Shown: positions 24,815 to 37,995, counted from the stretch's first letter. The stretch is 64,000 nucleotides of DNA from Octopus sinensis (GCF_006345805.1 NC_043004.1:50096001-50160000), one strand, 5' to 3'. Notes: a model not told the origin generated them from the letters alone. Numbers and translations: made by a program.

Positions 24815-25928
24815 CTTATGAACAAATCATCTGTGCTGGTTGTTCTACAAGAAATTGCCGAATACCCATCTGTCGTCTACGACTGGAGAGTCCATAAATA
24901 TTATTCTAAGAAATAAACTGACCTAGTTACAGTATTCCACCCGCCGCTAGAACAAACAAAAAAGAGATATTATCATTCATTTGTACTACGTTATTCGTTT
25001 CATTCATATAAAGAAAGAAGTTTGTTTAACCAGATATGATAATTGACTGTGATAATATTCGTAATAAAATATTCAGGGTGTGACACAGTAGATTATATGT
25101 TAGTATAGTCATGTTAGTACCAAGTACCTTACTGCTAACAATTAACTCATGATCAATGGCATGTGTTTACTTTTTACATATCCAAGTGTACTTTAACAGA
25201 CTACAGTATTTGTTCGGTGACCAATGACATATCAGACACGCTTCGCTGCAGAACAAAATTCTTTCTATGGCGTTTCGTTAACTTCCCGTTGGTGTGCACG
25301 TGATGTATATTGGTCTCCTTGCCTAGCCAGCGGGGTGGCACCATTCGAAAGCTAAAACGATACCAAGAGCATTGTAACAGGCGATGTATAACAACATCCG
25401 ATAGTCTAGCCCATAGGTTCTCAAAGTAGGCGCTACCGCCCCCCGTTGACGATTGAGAGAGTCCAGGTGGGCGCTGGTGTCTAAGGGGGGGGAGGTGCAG
25501 GAGGGGTAGAGAAAAAGGGGGTATTGGGAGGAAGGCAGTGGATTGGTGGACACTATGAATGTATTATATTATTATATAATTGTATCCAAATTATATTAAA
25601 TATCAAATGCTTCATAGTATATATAAATTAGTAAAATATTAAATATCTATTTACACATAAAAATAGGGGTGGGGGCGCTGAGGGTATTATGTGCCCATGA
25701 GAGGGCGGTGGCTGCAGCGGCAGTCGAAACATCAGCACAGACAACCGGAGGATCATAGAGCAGCCGGAGTCAGGGCCATCGCTATATTTTTAGACAATTT
25801 TTGGATCATTACTTGATACACACACACACATATATATTTATATATATATATAAATTATTTGTATGTAATCACAATATGTATTTAGATGCAACTCTCTCAC
25901 CTATTCTAAATATTATTATTATTATTAC

Positions 25929-25988
<60 letters not shown>

Positions 25989-26011
25989 CATTATTAATAT
26001 TATTATTATTA

Positions 26012-26046
<35 letters not shown>

Positions 26047-26601
26047 GAGTGAGAGAGCAGTTCATGCCATCAAAGTGACACTGGGGTAAAATATACGAAG
26101 CCCAATATACCCATCATGACTACCCGTCTGATAAAGGTACACCAGGCACATGCATCACAACCATATGTGCGCGACATGGTGATCTCATATCAAGATAAAC
26201 AGCACATGACCTTGCAGGTGGGGCCCAGTTAGAATTTTCTTCAGGTTGAGTAGCCCATCCTGCTCAAACGGTCCCTGAATAAGGGTTGCTTTAGGATGTT
26301 GAACGAAACACCTATGTTTCCAGAAGTGAACCATTCAAACTCCAAAGAATCCCTCTCAACACATGGCCATGATGCTCCCCCACTACTTCTGCTCGTGATC
26401 AGAGATGCACATATCGTCAGCCGCTAAGGGACATGCTCAACTGGTTAAGGTCAAACAACTGACAAGCAAATCTGTGGTATTGAGCAGAATATTTGCTGTA
26501 GCCCATCTTTTATACCAAGACAAAACAATGTACATGATAACACTTCCAATCAGTTAAGATCAGAAGCCATGAGAGCCACTGCCTGGTACTGCATCAGGGC
26601 C
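26047..26601 (-). mobile_element. Repeat family D, longest copy
   Basis: Minus strand starts GCCCTGATGCAGTACCAGGCAG, ends CTCTCTCACTC(AAT)n. Confidence 0.8.
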
Positions 26602-26800
26602 ATCATAATTAACTATTTCCAATATGAATGGTACTTTTTATTTTTCCTTTTTATTATTAATATATGCAAACACATTTTAATACTTTTTGGTGACTATTTT
26701 GCCCTTATATCTATTTTTTATTATGCTTTCCCCCTCTTTTCTTCTTTCTTATTCATAATTTATTCCATTTGCATATGTGTATATATATATATATATATAT

Positions 26801-27345
26801 GTTAATAAAATAGAACATATGCATATATATAAACATATATGTACGTACCTACCTCTACATGTACATATACACGCATATATGTATACAGGACACCAAAAAG
26901 ACGTCGAACACATAGAGAGACGAAAAACATAGACACAAACCAAGGAACAAGACAAGCAAAAAAAGAGATACAGGACAATAAGCACAACGAAAAATCCCCT
27001 TCTTCAGTCGCTAAGGTTTCATCTACTAAACGTTTCGAAGGATAAAAGCGAGACGTATACTTCGAAGAAAACTTCCTTCCTGCGAAATCCTTCGAAACGT
27101 AGAGTAGATGAAACCATAGCGACTGAAGAAGGGTTTTTTCTTTGTGGTAATTGTCTTGTACTCTATTTTTTTGTTGTTTTTAAAATATGTCCAGTTCCTT
27201 TGGTGGTGTCTATGTTTTCGTTTCTCATTGTGTTCGACGTCCTTTTGGTGTCCTGTACTCATATATGCGTGTATATGTACATGTAGAGGTAGGTACGTAC
27301 ATATATGTTTATATATATGCATATGTTTTATTTTATTTATTAATA
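26801..27345. mobile_element. Fold-back element of family F (two inverted ~250-bp arms) in (TA)n
   Basis: Arm 26802-27040 is the reverse complement of 27087-27345 with some divergence; (TA)n on both sides. Confidence 0.8.
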
Positions 27346-27623
27346 TATATATATATATATATATATTAAAAAAGACTACCTCTTAACTATCCCAATTTTT
27401 ATTTCTTAAATCTTTTAAAATTATTTTGTGTTTCTTACAAATCTAACTATATTGACCAAAATCTTACAGATGATATACGATTATACTAAGTGCACAAAAG
27501 TCACTTCCACAAAATGCACACACTCTCATAGATATAGTTTATTTATCTTTCTGGTTATGCACATAAATAGATTTATAGTATTTCCACCTTTTTTCTCTTT
27601 GTTAGTATTAGTATCTATCATAA

Positions 27624-28010
27624 TCTTTATATATAAAAGTGAAGTTGTGTGAGTGTCTGTCTCCTACGATTTAGATTCCTAACTACTCCCACATTTTGCG
27701 GTGCAGTTTAACCAAAACTGGGTATCTTATAGTTGTGATTCATATCGAGCCCTTCTGGGTATTAGCGCGCGTCTACGATGAGTCTACGATTTAAAAAATA
27801 ATTTACCATCATTTTTTCCATTTTAATGCATATTTCTTTTAATAAAGGGAAATAACTCTCTAAAAATGTCTACAATGAGTCAACGATTTAAAAGAAAATT
27901 TACCATAATTTTTTTTCCATTTTTAATGCATTTTTTGGCTATAACTCTCTAAAAATGTTTATATAGTTATTTCCCTTACAAACCCGAGCAACGCCGGGCG
28001 ATACTGCTAG
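27624..28010 (+). mobile_element. Non-autonomous Helitron
   Basis: A|TC...CTAG|T termini; subterminal hairpin CCCGAGCAACGCCGGG at 27983-27998. Confidence 0.8.
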
Positions 28011-28224
28011 TAATTATTATTACTACTTCTAACGTTTTTCAACTTTATATTTACACTCATTAATATAATTAATAGATTATACATTATATTCTATGCTTTA
28101 CTTATAAAACTTATAAAATTTATACATATACGTATGTCATATATTATACATGATATTATACAAAGGTATACGGATGTACATATGTGTGTATATATCTGCA
28201 TATGCATACATGTGTGTATATATG

Positions 28225-28269
<45 letters not shown>

Positions 28270-28919
28270 GCATACATATAATGCACATATCCTTTTATCT
28301 TATTTCATAGTTTCTGTTCCTTTTAAATGCATCAGTATACTAAATATATATATACATATTTTGAAATAATATTCTTCTCTTATATTGGAGATTTATACAT
28401 ATAAATTACTTCTCGTATCTTTATTATACTTATTTTTTCGCGCCTATCACTCCATAATAATAAAAACAGTTTTTCTTACATCCACTTTCAGCACTACGTT
28501 ATATAAGTTAGAAAGTCATTTATAAATGTCACTACAAACATCTTATCCATAACTAGATTCTCAATTCATATTCTAATTTAACATTAAAATATAGAAACGT
28601 GTATTCCTTTGAAAAATCTTTCTTACGAATTTACCATAGCCTTATGCCCCCTACATTGTTACCTTATTCAACCTTTTTAAAAAACTCACCGTACGTGTTT
28701 TTTTTTCCAGTATTTTTAACCCCATTCAGTATTTTCTTTCTCGATTCTGTAATATTAAAAACTATTCTTCTTTTTTAGTCCTTCCTCATAGACTTATTTG
28801 ACACAAACGAATATGATGCTTTTTAACTAATAATAAATCTTTTCCCCCATTATATTAACCTAATAATTACTCCCTCACAACAACTAATTTTTTTTTTCAT
28901 TTGAATTTCAAGTAACTTA

Positions 28920-30211
28920 CGAGGGGCGTTCAATAAGTAATGCCCCTGACCCACTTCCCATAGCAGTAGAGCAACGAAACTTGGCACAGGTATTAGTCTT
29001 TTTCAGCATAGGAACAACCCAGAGTGACGCATTTCTCCCATCGTTTGATACAGCTCTGGAGACCGTTTTCATAGAAGACCCCAGCTTGGTCCTCCAACCA
29101 CGACGTGACTTCAGAAATCAAGGCTGCATCATCTGGGAAACGCTTTCCTTTCAAAAACAACTTCATGGCTGGGAAGAGGTGAAAATCAGAGGGTGCAAGG
29201 TCAGGAGAGTAGGGGGATGGGGGAAGTGTTCATAGCCGCACGCCTGTGCTTCTGATCTGGCGACACGCGAGTTGTGGACCGGAGCGTTGTCCTGCAGGAG
29301 GAGAATGCCTTTGCTGATCTTGCTCCGCCTCTTGGTTTTGATAGCTTCTCTTAATTTCCTCAAAAGTGAAGCATGATAGGCTCCTGTAATTGTGGTACCC
29401 TTTGCCAGGAAATCTGTCATCACTACTCCGTCCTGGTCCCAGAAGACTGTGAGCATGACCTTGCCAGCGGAGGGCTGCACCCTTGCCTTCTTTGGAGGAG
29501 GTGAGTCATGGTGCTTCCACTGCATTGACTGGGCTTTGGTCTCTGGATCATGGTGAAGGACCCAGGTCTCATCTTGTGTAATCAGTCTTTTGAAAAATTT
29601 TGACTCATCTTCTTGGCACATCCCTAAATTCATCCACGAGCACTCGACGCGTTCTTGCTTCAGGAAAAGTGTGAGCAGCCTGGGAATTCATCTGGCAGAC
29701 ACCTTTTGCATATGCAAATGGTCATGAATGTTAGTTTCCACAGACCCGGTACTAATCATGACCTCATGGGCTATTTGGCGAATAGTTATGCGTCGATCTT
29801 CCAAAATGGCAGCCTCAACTTGACGGACAGATGCCTCATCAATGGCAGAAGGGGTGCGACCAGATCTGGGAGCTGTTTCCACAGAGTTCCGACCATGTTT
29901 GAATTCACGATGCCAGCGTTTTACAAGGTCATATGATGGGGCATCATCACCATAAGTTATTTTCATTTCATCAAAAGTCTCCTGTGGTGTGCGTCATTTC
30001 AAATACAAAAACCGGATCACTTCTCGACACTCAACAGGCTCCATTTCTCACTTAACTCATTTCAAACACATGTAAATCAGAAACCACTATTAGTTCGGAG
30101 CTGTAATTTGCCACTTAATCTATAGAAATATAAATAATTACACCTGCAAAATCTCAGCTAGATCAATCAACGGCAAGTGGGTCAGAGGCATTATTTATTG
30201 AACGCCCTTCG
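28920..30211 (-). mobile_element. Full-length mariner transposon (1292 bp), decayed
   Basis: TA TSD; TIRs CGAGGGGCGTTCAATAAGTAATGCCCCTGACCCACTT / AAGTGGGTCAGAGGCATTATTTATTGAACGCCCTTCG. Confidence 0.95.
28993..30044 (-). pseudogene. Mariner DD34D-type transposase with stops and frameshifts
   Basis: HTH ...PRSGR; ITQDETWV, LLQDNAPVH, YSPDLAPSDFHLF motifs; ORFs 29688-29966 and 29163-29633. Confidence 0.95.
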
Positions 30212-30389
30212 TATCTAAAATTATACTAACTACTTGTATTTCTTATTCTAGGAATTTTTTAAAACAATTTCTTTTTAATATACACCATAATTTATTTTCA
30301 TAATTTCCATTGTATACCACTCATAACTGCCAAATCATATATAAATTCAAATATAGCTATGCTGTCCCATCGGACGCTTATTTATTTAT

Positions 30390-30429
<40 letters not shown>

Positions 30430-30442
30430 GCATATACACATA

Positions 30443-30536
<94 letters not shown>

Positions 30537-30760
30537 ATATATATACATTCTTGGCGCGTTGAACTAATTCTTGAGAACAATTCTTTAGTGGTGGATTCCC
30601 TTCGTGGATCTATATCTAGCGTTAGAGTGACAACATGTGGACTCTCTCTCATTACTTGTATTAATGATTTTTACTGTATGCCAGTTTTTATACGCTAGGC
30701 CACTTGGTGTTTTAAATTGATGTTATTAATTAATATTCAATTTTTTCACCCTTATTGTGA

Positions 30761-30791
<31 letters not shown>

Positions 30792-30800
<9 letters not shown>

Positions 30801-31096
30801 ATCACGTGACCGACCAGACCATCAGATGTTGTTACACATCGCTGGTCACAATGCGTTCGCATTGTTTTTAGCCTTCGAATGACGCCACCCCGCTGGCTAA
30901 GCGAGCAGGCCAACTGAAGAAAGAGTGAGAGAAAGAGTGTTGAAAGAGTACAGCAGGGATCACCATCCCCTGCCGGAGCCTCGTGGAGCTTTTAGGTGTT
31001 TTCGCTCAATAAACACTCACAACGCCCAGTCTGGGAATCGAAATCGCGATCCTGCGACCGCGAGTCCGCTGCCCTAACCTCTAGGCCATTGCGCCT

Positions 31097-31098
<2 letters not shown>
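30792..31098 (-). mobile_element. SINE family B head with tail type 3 (ends CACGTGATCACGTGAT at (TA)n)
   Basis: Head as 22140-22260; tail shared with 50161-50250 and 52551-52668. Confidence 0.85.
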
Positions 31099-31130
<32 letters not shown>

Positions 31131-31731
31131 GTGTGTGTATATAATATAATATTTTACTTCTTAATGCTTTATATGGAATGTATAAATACTTATCTTCATA
31201 TAGAGAGAATGTTTCTCGAACATTTTTCACTTATATTTCCAAATATCCGTTAGCCGCATCAGTTCTAGTTCATACACAACAACTAGACTCATGTTTTTAC
31301 CATTCATCTTACGTAATCATATAATGAATATCCGAACGTGTTATATGATACTCACTCCATCGAGTCTTCTGTAACAATATAATATTCTTCCGATATATTC
31401 TTTTTTCGCACTGAGGAGAAAAGTAATATGTAATTAATTTAATTATAATTATAATTAAATAAATTTTTTTTTTTTTCCATGCATCTTGCATGTTAATATT
31501 ACCGTTCGAAACGATCGTATGCATGGATTAAAATTTTATAAAACTTTTAACACCTTCTCTTCTCCATCTTTAATTGTTTGTTGAGTTTCTTTAGATACGC
31601 GTTCTATAAATGTTTATACTTGTAACATTTTCATATTAAAAAAATATTTACAATAACAAAGTAAAGGATGAAATGGAACTCAACCTTTTCTCTCTGCCTC
31701 TCTCTCTCTCTCTCTCTCTCTCTGTCTGTCT

Positions 31732-31784
<53 letters not shown>

Positions 31785-31949
31785 TATATGTAGTAATATT
31801 TTATTTTATCAGGACCCGCTTTACGAGACCCCATATTTACAAGATTTTACGTGTTTTACCTTTTGTTAACGAGTTTTCGCATTACGAACGTTCTCCGGGA
31901 AGGAATTAACTCGTATATCGAGGCATTACTGTATACATAGATACATACA

Positions 31950-32007
<58 letters not shown>

Positions 32008-32033
32008 TAATATATATATATATATATATATAC

Positions 32034-32267
32034 TTATTTTAAGCAGCAGAAAATTCAACAAAATCTGTTACTCTGAGTTTCTCGTTGCCGTTCATCAGAC
32101 AGTTTTTGCTAGATTCTAGCAAAAACTGTCTGATGAACGGCAACGAGAAACTCAGAGTAACAGATTTGTTGAATTTTCTGCTGCTTAAAATAAAGCATAT
32201 TACTCTACAACTGGTATTTGAGTACTCTTTTTTCCACCTTGTTTTACATTTATGTGTTTACTCCGGT
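32034..32267 (+). mobile_element. Family E hammerhead element with a 160-bp fold-back palindrome, in (TA)n
   Basis: 32034-32113 is the reverse complement of 32115-32193 (one indel); longer arm ends ...TTTACTCCGG(TA)n. Confidence 0.85.
32126..32163 (+). ncRNA. Type I hammerhead ribozyme motif (mirror copy on minus strand at 32065-32102)
   Basis: CTGT-CTGATGA-A-CG-gcaa-CG-A-GAAA-CTC-a-GAG-TA-ACAG: intact core, stem I CTGT/ACAG, near-palindromic stem III. Confidence 0.75.
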
Positions 32268-32410
32268 ATATATATATATATATGCGTGTGCGTGTGTGTG
32301 CGCGCGCGCGTGTCTGTGTGTGTGTGTGTGTAATATGGTCGCAAGCATGGTTAATATTGTTTATGCGCTCTGAGTTCAAATCCATCAGAGGTTAACCCTG
32401 CTTTCATACA

Positions 32411-32552
32411 ATTGCGCGGGTCGAGGCGTGTGGCGGCTTCACGCCCTTCGATTCTGGTGACTCTGGATAACTGTCAGTACGATCGCACGGGCTAGTATCG
32501 ACTAGCCCTTGCGCGACGCGTCCCCTGCGAATCCGCCCTATCAGCTGTCGAT
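32411..32552 (+). pseudogene. 18S rRNA fragment (5' domain) inserted in a decayed SINE C
   Basis: TGGTGACTCTGGATAAC...GATCGCACGG...GCGACG...GCCCTATCAGCTGTCGAT matches the order of conserved eukaryotic SSU motifs; GC-rich island. Confidence 0.8.
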
Positions 32553-33913
32553 AAATAAGTACCTATTCTAAAAAAATAATTGCCTATCCTAAACGCTGGA
32601 TTGACAAAATTCTAAGAATGTAGGACCGGGTTCCTTTCGGTTATGACCTTACTTGGTTGGTAGCCTAAAGCCATTACCCAGTTTAACCCCACCATCTAGA
32701 ACCATTTGTACTTTTAATACAGTCCACTCTGTTGTAATTATTCCGGCTAAGTATCTGGTTTGTAGATTTGTTTCTCCCTAACTCCCTCACTTGCCTTCGT
32801 TTCTGACTAAAAAAAAAGAGTAAAAAGTCTATTACAAAAAAATTCAGTTTAATTCGTCATTTGTTATTTCATATTGGCTTTAAACTAAATATGTATTAAA
32901 GTAAACACGATTTAAACTAAAAAGATATGGATTAAATACGATGTGACCCATTTATTACAGAAATCAGATATAGCCACTCAAAATATCATTGCCTTCAACT
33001 GCGGAAAGCAGTTTATGTATCAATTTATCTTTTTGATGAATGCCATGTTTGAAACTATTTTCCATTGAAATATGTCAAGTTTATTGAGGCAAGGTGACCT
33101 GCAGAAAATACCAATTCTATTTTTTAGTATATATTAACATCATAATCGGAATAACAGTGACATTTAATTTTGCAATGAAATGGTTAAAACAAATTTATAC
33201 GAATTAAAAGATGCATCATGAAGCAGTCATTAAACAAGCATTTCACTAAAAACATACAAATGAGAAACTGAAATGTTAAGTTATTAAAATAAACATACAA
33301 AATTAAGCTGAAGAGATACTCATCTAAATACGTATTAAACTGAACTTATATTCACTTAACAGTTACTAACAAGACACATTTTTAACTGAACATATACAAA
33401 ACAGACACTAAAACCAAAGAGATACTTAAACATATGCACAAATCAAGAGATACTAAGCTAAACAGATATTCAACTCAACGTATATAAAAGTAAACACATA
33501 CTAGTCTAAACGGTTGTCAACTAATGGTTATTTAACTAAATATATACAACACTAAACATTTTGTTTTCATTCATATAACATTGTTGTTTCTTGACAGCCA
33601 ATTTACCAAATAGTTTCATGCCAGAAATGGAGAAACAAATTCAGCTATCATCAGAAATGACTGAATGAAACAGTATGGCCTTGTTGTTCCATTCAGCCAT
33701 TGCAGTCATTCAACCAGACGCTCATGAGACTATAATTTCAATTTTGGGTACAAGGCCACAATTTTAGAGAATGGGTGCTAATTCATTAAGTCGACCTTAC
33801 CAACTTGTACTTTATGTTATTGATACCAAAAGAATGAAAGGCGAAGTTGACCTCGGCAGGATTTGAACTCAATGAAATGAGCTGAAAAATGCTGCAAAGT
33901 ATTTTATTGCTCA

Positions 33914-34010
33914 AAAGCTGGGTATGTATTCAAAAGCCGCCAACAAAATGTTAACCATTTGTTATTCGTGGATGACCTCAAACTTTATGATAAAGATGAA
34001 GCCCAAAATA
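33914..34010 (+). pseudogene. Small R4/Dong-type RT fragment
   Basis: Translates KAGYVFKSRQQNVNHLLFVDDLKLYDKDEAQ (NHLLFxDDLKLY motif). Confidence 0.7.
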
Positions 34011-34778
34011 TTACAGTTATAAGAAAACATGCATAATTCTACACGTGCATGGGTATAAGAATATAGATCTAATACTAAGATAACGAGTAAGATCATATGT
34101 GTAAAAGCACAGACATAAAACCACAGGTATTTGTTCGGATTTAAGATCACTGGTTTAGTAGAACAGGTGTGTGAAACAGGTATAACTACACTACGAAGAC
34201 GAGTAAGATCATAACTAACAGCATGGTTCTAAGACCACGGCTTTCATACCACAGATATACGAAATGAGGAATGAAGACTACGATAGGGCAATAGGTAAGA
34301 CGGCAATTGTCAAACGAGAAATTATAGCATGTTAATTATACAGGTAAAAGACAATAGTTAAATTCACGAGTAACATGATACGTAAAATCTCGGGTAAGAC
34401 TTGTGAAAGAGTGCCGATATAAACTCATAGGTTTAAGACGACAAATATGAAATTACATAAGATTACATATAAGAGCACAAATGTTTCACAATAGATATTT
34501 TTCCCAGCGTCTGATTCCGTGGTTGCTGGTTCGTTTCAAATGACTTCTAATATGACTGATTATGTAAGCAAGATAATTTTCCGTTCAACTGGTTATGTAA
34601 AAAAGATTATAATTTTGCGATCTATTAATCATTGCTTCACCGGTAATATTATATCGTTATATACACTATTTATATAAGCTACAAGTCACAATACGCTCTA
34701 AGAATACATACACATACCTTATATGTATATAAAGAGAAAGAGACAGAGACCGACGCATTTATATGTATATATATATGT

Positions 34779-34809
<31 letters not shown>

Positions 34810-34877
34810 CATACATAAATATATATATATACATATATACATACATACATATATATACATATATATATATACACACA

Positions 34878-35540
34878 CGAGGTCTTATCAATAAATATCT
34901 GAATTGTTGCCATAGTAACGAAACTAAAGCATGCAGATAAAAGCCGTTTGGCACCTTGTACTCTGCCGGGCATGCGTACTAAGTTTTTAACGTTCTAGCT
35001 CACTTCCACTGTTTACAGCAGTGCTTGGAAGGATTGTGTGTAGCGTGTAGTCGTCGCATTCATCATGACAGAGAAATTTGAGCAGAGAATCGGCATCAAA
35101 TTTTGCCAAAAATTTGGCGATACCAGCTCAGAGGCCTACACAAAGTTTTCAAAAAGTTTTCGTTGTTCTTGAACCAATCAAGGAGATCCTGTGCAACTGA
35201 AACCCGAGTGTCTTTTTGGTCAGCTGACAGCAGTTTTGGTAAAACTTGGCAGACACGCGTCTCACATTCAAATCTTCAGTGATAATGGACGGAACTGAAC
35301 CGTAACTAATCTGCACATCCTCTGATAACTCACGGATGGTGATTCAACGATTTCCCTTCACAGCTACACGCACATCTGCGATGTTTTTCTCAGTTGTAAA
35401 CAGCAGAAGTGAGTTAAACGTTAAAACTTAGTGCGCATACACAGCAGAGTTCAAGGTCAGTCTGTGCTAAGCGGCTTCACTCTGCATGCTTTAGCTTCGT
35501 TATTACGGCAACAGTCCGGATATTTATTGAACAGATCTCG
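34878..35540. mobile_element. Mariner-derived MITE-like element with long inverted ends
   Basis: Imperfect inverted repeat of ~115 bp; MTEKFEQRIGIKFCQKFG on + and ITIRELSEDVQISYGSV..IITEDLNVRRVSAKF on -. Confidence 0.8.
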
Positions 35541-35626
<86 letters not shown>

Positions 35627-35658
35627 TATTTTATGTGTGTGTGTGTGTATACATCTGC

Positions 35659-35689
<31 letters not shown>

Positions 35690-35831
35690 TATGCCAGGTC
35701 ACTTTCGACTGCTACTGGTAACATGTAACCCAGTACAACCTTAAATAGAAAAGTTAAAATTAAAATAACAATTAAAAAAGTAAAGATTAAATTAATTACA
35801 AAAATAATATATTGTATATAATAGGTAGAAA

Positions 35832-35918
35832 AACGACACGTGTTTCGCTGCTATATTTAAGAAATGATTATAGTAGTAGAGAAATCACTTACATATAAAT
35901 ATAGTCGCTCATCAGGTT
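35832..35918 (-). ncRNA. Type I hammerhead ribozyme with long stem II and palindromic stem III
   Basis: Minus: AAC-CTGATGA-GC..CTATATTTA...TAAATATAG..GC-GAAA-CACGTG-TC-GTT; all core nucleotides canonical. Confidence 0.8.
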
Positions 35919-36177
35919 AAAAATATAATAGAACAGTAAAATAGTTAATTAATAAGTATACTTTAATATATACATACATATATATGTATATATATATATT
36001 TATAAATATATATGTATATGAAAATTCTAAATATACATAATTGAAAAATAAAATAATACTTTGTCTATATTTGAAACATTTCTTATTCTGATTACAATTT
36101 AATGACTTGTAATAGCTTTGTGTTTTTCTTTTATTTAATTTTAAAGTATTTAATTATTGGGCAATAAAGAAATAAGA

Positions 36178-36365
36178 AACGTTAGAATGCTGGGCAAAAT
36201 CCTTAGCGGTATTTCGTCTGTCTTTATGCTCTAAGTTCAAATTCCGCCGAAGTCGACTATGCCTTTCATCCTTTCGGGTCGATAAATTAAGTACCAGTTG
36301 CGTACTTAATCGACTGGCCTCCTCCTTCAAAATTTTGGGCCGTGTGCCTAGAGTAGAAAAGAATA
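36178..36365 (+). mobile_element. SINE family C, diverged
   Basis: Family C core. Confidence 0.75.
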
Positions 36366-36841
36366 TTTAGCCACTTGTCTAATTGGGAGCGATATATTTG
36401 TATTACTTTATGTCTATATTATATACCAAAGGCGGACATGACCTATATTGTTCAAACCATGATGGTAAATATGTTAGTTATTGTTCGGCCAAAACTTCAG
36501 GAAGTTGTCAAAAGATGTAACTAATATATGGGGAGAAGGCGGAGAAGGGAATTACAAAGAGTTGTTGTTCTTGTTTGTTTCTGCTTAACCCCAGATCAGC
36601 TCTGATTGAGTAGACCTATATTATCAGGGGGATTCCTACCGTGACTGTCCCGGTCTTTATTTATGTGCTAGGAAGCCAGTAACATAATATCCTACATCTC
36701 TTATTCTGAAGTTACGGTTCTGGATTAGAAGGAAGTAAGCAATGGTCTTCGTGTAGTAGTGAGTGCTTTTGTATTTAGTCTAGAATGTTTTGCTTGTATT
36801 GTGTGTGTGGGGGGGTGCGTGTGCTTGTGTGTGTGTGTGTG

Positions 36842-36878
<37 letters not shown>

Positions 36879-37858
36879 CGGGCGGGCGCGCACATTAGTT
36901 TTGACTCTTTCGAAGTATTGAGAAATTTGAAAATACTTCACTTTTCGGAAGCTACCCATTTGCAAATGTAGCTAAAGATACTACATAATCATTTTAAATA
37001 CGCACTAAAGAAGTAAATTGAGATTATGTCACGCTGCAGGTACGGAAACAAATTCATCTTCAAGAAATGATTTTGAACACAAAACGGGGGGAAATATCCA
37101 AAATTGCAATAACGTGAAATGGAATGCTGAAACACCCCTCATTACAAGGAATTTTTTGTAAATTGAGTCCAAATGCGTGTGCAAAACTTGACCAAAATAC
37201 ACAGATACATACCCTGCAAACAAATAAAAGATCTTCAATGAATTTAAAGAAATAAACCCAGTGATTAAAAGAGGTTTACAAATACCTCGTACGCACATAG
37301 ACATGTCCTTCATAAACAAACATCCTTAATGAATTTAGAAGATAAATTTAACAAAGAATACGATAAGATTTCACCGGAAACTCAGTAAAAATAAAACTAT
37401 TGAAACACATAAATATATTATACATGTAAGTACACGCGCACATATAAGAGACGATAGTTACAATATGTTGAACATTAGAAAATCTTGCACATATCTATAT
37501 TTCTGTTTATGTATTTGTAACGTATTTGTCAGCTAGAAAAGCGTAGCTTCATGGGACTATCATGTAAACATTTACTAATATAGCTAATTGCACCAATAAT
37601 TATTTGTACAAATACGAATCCATGAATGTCTACATGTACGTATGTATCCTTTGTCAGTGTAATTTGGCGAATATCTAAACATTAACATTTGAACCAAGAT
37701 ACCAGTGTTCTCTGGAAGCAGTGCTTTGTCATGTTTGCTCTGCACTCAGTTACAGAAACTCATTCTTCGAAAAGCAGTTGGCACGTTAGGAACCGATAAC
37801 CAATGACGATGATATCCAGAAATACGTACCTAAATGTGTGTGTGTGTGTGTATGTGTG

Positions 37859-37926
<68 letters not shown>

Positions 37927-37929
<3 letters not shown>

Positions 37930-37995
37930 GTACAAGTTCTAGGATTTTCCAGATGCATATCACTGCATATCTTTCCCGCCTTCTATATATGAGCA
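37927..37995 (-). pseudogene. Tiny CR1/L2-group LINE ORF2 C-terminal fragment
   Basis: RRRERYAVICIWKILELVPN resembles the RRRERY.II..WKI...VPN C-terminal motif. Confidence 0.5.

Noticed and set aside
25410-25710. hAT-type MITE ends (also CAGTGGTT at ~49408)
   Set aside because: Only one TIR-like end seen, no partner TIR or 8-bp TSD
33600-33660. Minus-strand CTGATGA...GAAA...TA hammerhead-like spacing
   Set aside because: Stems I and II do not pair convincingly; likely chance
34010-34490. Loose periodicity of TAAGA(T/C) words; similar ACTAAA periodicity at 33240-33560
   Set aside because: No definable unit by eye; probably decayed minisatellite
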